Assembly: GCA_963812185.1 (NCBI GenBank)
Contig: CAWEUE010000005.1
Location: forward strand, 32,405-96,404
Length of the DNA: 64,000 nt
Source: an uncultured Acidobacteriota bacterium
GTDB taxonomy: Bacteria; Acidobacteriota; Vicinamibacteria; Vicinamibacterales; JAHECP01
Direction of reading: 5' to 3'
Below the pieces are notes generated by a model. That model saw nothing but the letters and a program-made list of their open reading frames with translations, had not been told where the DNA came from and ran no database searches. Of the stretch, positions 60,633 to 64,000 are shown in pieces. Position numbers and translations under genes: made by a program. Within the stretch, counting starts at the first letter, position 1. Every line of letters begins with the position of its first letter.

Positions 60633-63056
60633 ATGCACGCCCTGTGGAGCGACTGGCGGCTCGCCGCCCGAAGCCTGCGCCGCGCGCCGGGCTTCACGGC
60701 GGTCGTCGTCCTGACGCTCGCCCTCGGCATCGGCCCGACCACGGCGATCTTCAGCGTCGTGTACGGCGTGCTGCTGCGGCCGTTCCCGTACCGCGCGCCG
60801 GAGTCGCTCGTCGTGATCTCGGCCGAGCGCACGTTCGCCGGCCAGGTGCGGGGCGCGAACTACTCGGCGCGCGAGCTCGACGGGTGGCTGGCGCGGGCGC
60901 GCGCGTTCTCGTCGCTCGGCATGTGGGGCGGAACCGGGTACAGCCTGCGCACGGACGCGGGCACGCAGACCGTCGGCGCCGCCTACGTGTCGGACGGCTT
61001 CTTCGCGACGCTGGGCGTGCCGATGGCGCTCGGCCGCGCCATCGGCCCGGCGGACGCCGGCTCGCCGGTCGCCGTCGTCAGCCATCGGCTGTGGCGGCGC
61101 GAGCTCGGGTCGAGCCCGCAGGCCGTCGGCCGGTCGATCCGGCTCAACGGCCAGCCCTACACCGTCATCGGCGTCGCCCCGCCCGACTTCCGGTTTCCGT
61201 CCGAACGGGACGACGTGTGGACGCCGCTCGCCTACGCGCAGCGGCTCGGCCGCGAGCCGTGGGTGAACAACCCGGCGGGTGGCGGGTTCCATCTCGTCGG
61301 CCGGCTGCGCCCGGGCGTGACGCTGGCGGCCGCGCGTGACGACGCCGCGCGCGTGGCCCGCGCGATGGCGCCGGAGTTCGCGAGAATCAGCGGCGGGCGG
61401 CGGCCGCTCCTCTTCACGTTGGTCGGCTGGTTCACCGACACGACGAGACCCGCGCTGCTGATGCTCGCCGCCGCGGTCGGGCTCGTGCTCGTCGTCGCGT
61501 GCGCCAACACCGTCAACCTGCTGTTCGCCCGGCAGACGTCCCGCTCGCAGGAGATCGCCGTGCGCCGGGCGCTCGGCGCGCCGCCGTCGCGTCTGCTGTC
61601 GTCGGCGCTCGCCGAGGCCTCGCTCGTGGCCCTGGCCGGCGGCGGCGCGGGCGTGCTGCTGGCGGTCGGGGGCGTGAGGGCGCTGTTGTCGCTGTGGCCG
61701 GCCGGGCTGCCGAGGGTGGACGCCATCCGCGTGGACGGCCCGGTGCTGGCCTTCGCGCTGGCGCTGTCGATGGGGCTGGCGCTGGCGTGCGCGATCGGTC
61801 CCGGGGTCCGCGCGCTCGGCTACCGCCTGGCGGCGGGGTTGCGGCCGGCCGGCGCCGCCTCCACGCGCCGCGGCCGCCGCCTCCGCTCGGCGCTCGTCGT
61901 CGTGCAGATCGCCGCGTCGGTGATCCTGCTGGTCGGGGCGGGCCTCCTGGGCCGCAGCTTCGTCCGCCTGCTGCGGTCGGACGTCGGCGTCGGGACCAAC
62001 CGCGTCGCCCTCGCGGACCTGGCCTTGAGCGTCGACCGACAGGTCTCGCCCGCCATCCAGGTCGAGACGGTCGATCGCGTGCTGGACGGCGTTCGTCGGA
62101 TCCCCGGCGTCGTGCGCGCGGGCGTGGGCACCAGCCTGCCGCTCTACGGCGCCCGCTTCCGCTACACGCTGAAGGGCGTGCAGACGGGCGACGGCCCGCC
62201 GCGGGACTACGACGTGGACGCGATCGCCGTGACGCCCGGCTTCTTCGCGGCGCTGGAGCTGCCGCTCCTGCGCGGGCGGCTGTTCACGGACGGCGACACC
62301 GCGGCGAGCCCGCCGGTGATGATCATGAGCGCCCGCACCGCGCGGCGGTTCTTCGGCGACCGCGACGCGATCGGACGCACGCTGTCGCTGCCGACCGCCG
62401 GCGGGCCGGGCCGCGCCGCCGCGACCCTCGTGGGCGTCGTCGGCGACGTCAAGTACAACGCGCTCGACGCCGCCGCCGACGGCGGGATCTACCGCCCGTA
62501 CACGCAGCAGGCGTATCAGTACGTGTACCTGGCCGCGCGCACGGCGGGCGACCCGCGCGCCGTCGGCGGCGCCCTCCGCCGCGCCGTGGCGGCCGTGGAT
62601 CCGTCGATTGCGGTGGACCACGTGCGGACCTTCGACGACGAGGTGGCAAGCGCTTCGGCGGAGCCGCGGTTCCGCACGCTGCTGCTCGTCGCGCTCGCGG
62701 CGCTCGCGCTCGCGGTCGCGTCGGTGGGGCTCTACGGCGCCGTCGCCTACTCCGTGTCGCTGCGCCGGACCGAACTGGGGATCCGTGTGGCGCTGGGCGC
62801 GACGCCGGCGAACCTCGTGCGGCTGGTCGTCCGGGAGGGCATGGCGCTCGCGTGTGTGGGCGCCGGGATCGGCGTGGCGGGCGCCGCGGTCCTCTCGCGG
62901 GTGCTCCAGCGCTTCCTGTACGGCGTCACGCCGCACGACGCGGTGTCGCTGCTCGCCGCGCCCACCGGGCTGCTGCTCCTCGCCGCGCTGGCCAGCTACG
63001 TGCCGGCGCGCCGCGCGGCCGCGGCCGATCCGATCGCCGCGCTCAGGCGCGAGTGA
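60633..63056 (+). CDS. ADOP-family duplicated FtsX/MacB-type ABC permease (807 aa)
   Basis: WRLAARSLRRAPGFTAVVVLTLALGIGPTTAIF, two FtsX-like bundles, intact. No recognisable PadR gene lies upstream. Confidence 0.85.
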   Translation: MHALWSDWRLAARSLRRAPGFTAVVVLTLALGIGPTTAIFSVVYGVLLRPFPYRAPESLVVISAERTFAGQVRGANYSARELDGWLARARAFSSLGMWGGTGYSLRTDAGTQTVGAAYVSDGFFATLGVPMALGRAIGPADAGSPVAVVSHRLWRRELGSSPQAVGRSIRLNGQPYTVIGVAPPDFRFPSERDDVWTPLAYAQRLGREPWVNNPAGGGFHLVGRLRPGVTLAAARDDAARVARAMAPEFARISGGRRPLLFTLVGWFTDTTRPALLMLAAAVGLVLVVACANTVNLLFARQTSRSQEIAVRRALGAPPSRLLSSALAEASLVALAGGGAGVLLAVGGVRALLSLWPAGLPRVDAIRVDGPVLAFALALSMGLALACAIGPGVRALGYRLAAGLRPAGAASTRRGRRLRSALVVVQIAASVILLVGAGLLGRSFVRLLRSDVGVGTNRVALADLALSVDRQVSPAIQVETVDRVLDGVRRIPGVVRAGVGTSLPLYGARFRYTLKGVQTGDGPPRDYDVDAIAVTPGFFAALELPLLRGRLFTDGDTAASPPVMIMSARTARRFFGDRDAIGRTLSLPTAGGPGRAAATLVGVVGDVKYNALDAAADGGIYRPYTQQAYQYVYLAARTAGDPRAVGGALRRAVAAVDPSIAVDHVRTFDDEVASASAEPRFRTLLLVALAALALAVASVGLYGAVAYSVSLRRTELGIRVALGATPANLVRLVVREGMALACVGAGIGVAGAAVLSRVLQRFLYGVTPHDAVSLLAAPTGLLLLAALASYVPARRAAAADPIAALRRE

Positions 63057-63070
63057 CGCGCGAGGCCTTC

Positions 63071-64000
63071 ATGAACGGACCTGCCTATCCGCCCGGCCGC
63101 ATCGCGGCCCTCGCGGCGCACGAGCACCTCGTCCGCCAGCGGGCCGCATCCACGTCCGACGCTCCGGCGGCGGTGCCCGTCGCGCCCGCCGACGTCGTCG
63201 AGGCCGTCATCGACGTCGCGTTCTGGGCGAGCCTGCGTCGGGAGGAGGGGTACGTCCCGCGCATGTCGCTCGCGATCCTCCCGGCCGCCGCGGCCGAGCA
63301 CCCGCTCCTCTTCGAGCGCCAGCTGCCGCTGACCGCGAGCGGCCTCACGCGGGTGTCGCCCGCGGTGGAGCGGCCCAGCCTCCACGTCGGGGTGTGGCGG
63401 GAGGACGGCCGGCTGTGCGCGTGGGGCGTGGTCCGCTCGGTGCCGCCGTCCTGCTGCGTCGTCGAGGTGTCGGCGCCGGGCCTGCTGGTGGTCAAGCACC
63501 GGCCGAGCGACCAGTCGCGCAAGTTCGTCAACATCGCCGTGCTCGAGGGCGATCAGATCAAGCTCCTGGACGAGCGCGCGGCGGAGACCGGCGACTGCCC
63601 GCGGATCGTCTCGTCCCTGCTCGGGCGCGGCGCGCCCGCCGTCGGGGCCGACTCGGTGGACGTGCTGGTGGAGCTCGCCGTCTCGATGCGCGCGCACGGC
63701 CGCGGCGGGTCGTTGCTCGTCGTGCGCTCCAACGACGGGCCGTGGCGCGAGTCGGTCGTGCACCCGATGGCCTACGCCGTCCGGCCGGGGTTCTCGAAGC
63801 TCGGCGACCTGATGCGCGAGCGGCGCGAGCGGCCGGATCGTCCCTGGGAGGCCGCCGTCGGGGCCGCGGTGGATCTGATCGCGGGCCTCACCGCCGTCGA
63901 CGGCGCGACGGTGATCACGGATCAGTTCGAGCTCGTGGCCTTCGGCGCGAAGATCGCGCGGCGCGACGGGCACGCGCGCGTCGACGAGGTCACGGTGACC
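63071..64000 (+). CDS. DisA_N/DAC-like (diadenylate-cyclase fold) domain protein with ~190-aa unknown N-terminal domain; 3'-partial at window edge
   Basis: This ORF is absent from the ORF track because it has no stop before the window ends. It runs in frame from the ATG at 63071 with strong GC3 bias. HGRGGSLLVVRS and LTAVDGATVITDQFELVAFGAKI resemble the GALIVI / DGAVII...A motifs of DisA_N. Confidence 0.4.
   Translation, partial: MNGPAYPPGRIAALAAHEHLVRQRAASTSDAPAAVPVAPADVVEAVIDVAFWASLRREEGYVPRMSLAILPAAAAEHPLLFERQLPLTASGLTRVSPAVERPSLHVGVWREDGRLCAWGVVRSVPPSCCVVEVSAPGLLVVKHRPSDQSRKFVNIAVLEGDQIKLLDERAAETGDCPRIVSSLLGRGAPAVGADSVDVLVELAVSMRAHGRGGSLLVVRSNDGPWRESVVHPMAYAVRPGFSKLGDLMRERRERPDRPWEAAVGAAVDLIAGLTAVDGATVITDQFELVAFGAKIARRDGHARVDEVTVT

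Noticed and set aside
60330-62936. Very long ORFs on the opposite strand of annotated genes (for example 60330-62936 -, 42209-44938 +, 11790-14486 -, 5942-8053 -, 14628-16811 -, 30536-32392 -, 57497-59914 -)
   Set aside because: These are typical stop-poor mirror frames of a ~70% GC genome. The translations are Arg/Pro/Gly-rich with no recognisable motifs, whereas the opposite strand encodes clearly recognisable proteins.

Overview
This is a very GC-rich bacterial chromosomal segment (roughly 70% by eye) with about 55 protein-coding genes. I found no rRNA, tRNA, CRISPR array, transposase, integrase or phage genes. Two ADOP-type duplicated FtsX permeases, one preceded by a PadR regulator, suggest an Acidobacteriota-like host; that is inference only. 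All protein calls rest on motifs read from the supplied translations, because no searches could be run.

Gene content, left to right:
- A giant cyclic beta-1,2-glucan synthase.
- Two cspA paralogs.
- furA-katG and an M23 peptidase.
- A trypsin-like protease operon.
- Eukaryote-type UDP-glucose dehydrogenase.
- A MoaD-like / BNR-propeller pair.
- SDR, sodC and a Ser/Thr kinase-BRCT fusion.
- Two SAM methyltransferases.
- AraC-GH43.
- A translationally coupled DinB / PIG-L / PLP-decarboxylase operon, with a divergent ECF sigma factor.
- A rifampicin-phosphotransferase-like PEP-utilising enzyme with TetR and GNAT.
- Cytochrome c, a penicillin-acylase family protein and an RRM RNA-binding protein.
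- A transglutaminase-like protein with an ABC exporter.
- MFS transporter and alpha/beta hydrolase.
- Two NtrC-type regulators.
- A sigma-54-type operon encoding a signal-peptide rubrerythrin, a DUF2231-like membrane protein and a histidine kinase.
- An exosortase-like protein that seems to contain two exosortase-like modules.
- A 3'-truncated DisA_N/DAC-like ORF at the right edge.

Observations beyond routine annotation:
1. I found 18 frame breaks in conserved genes, and every one is a +1 single-base insertion. Ten are in the glucan synthase. This most likely reflects a consensus or assembly problem, and it needs checking before any pseudogene claim.
2. A family of concatenated-hairpin repeats includes a 72-bp unit repeated about 3 times at 42.2 kb and one degenerate copy at 20.9 kb. 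Both sit next to orphan 3' fragments of genes that are intact nearby.
3. A 110-nt palindrome built from 7 + 8 heptamers (GTTNTGA / TCANNAC) lies between the MoaD-like and BNR genes.
4. A ~160-bp direct repeat forms the upstream leader of two different minus-strand operons and brackets a 5-kb module.
5. The window holds five gene remnants.

I could not single out one clearly novel multi-gene system. The best candidates are ranked in the findings.
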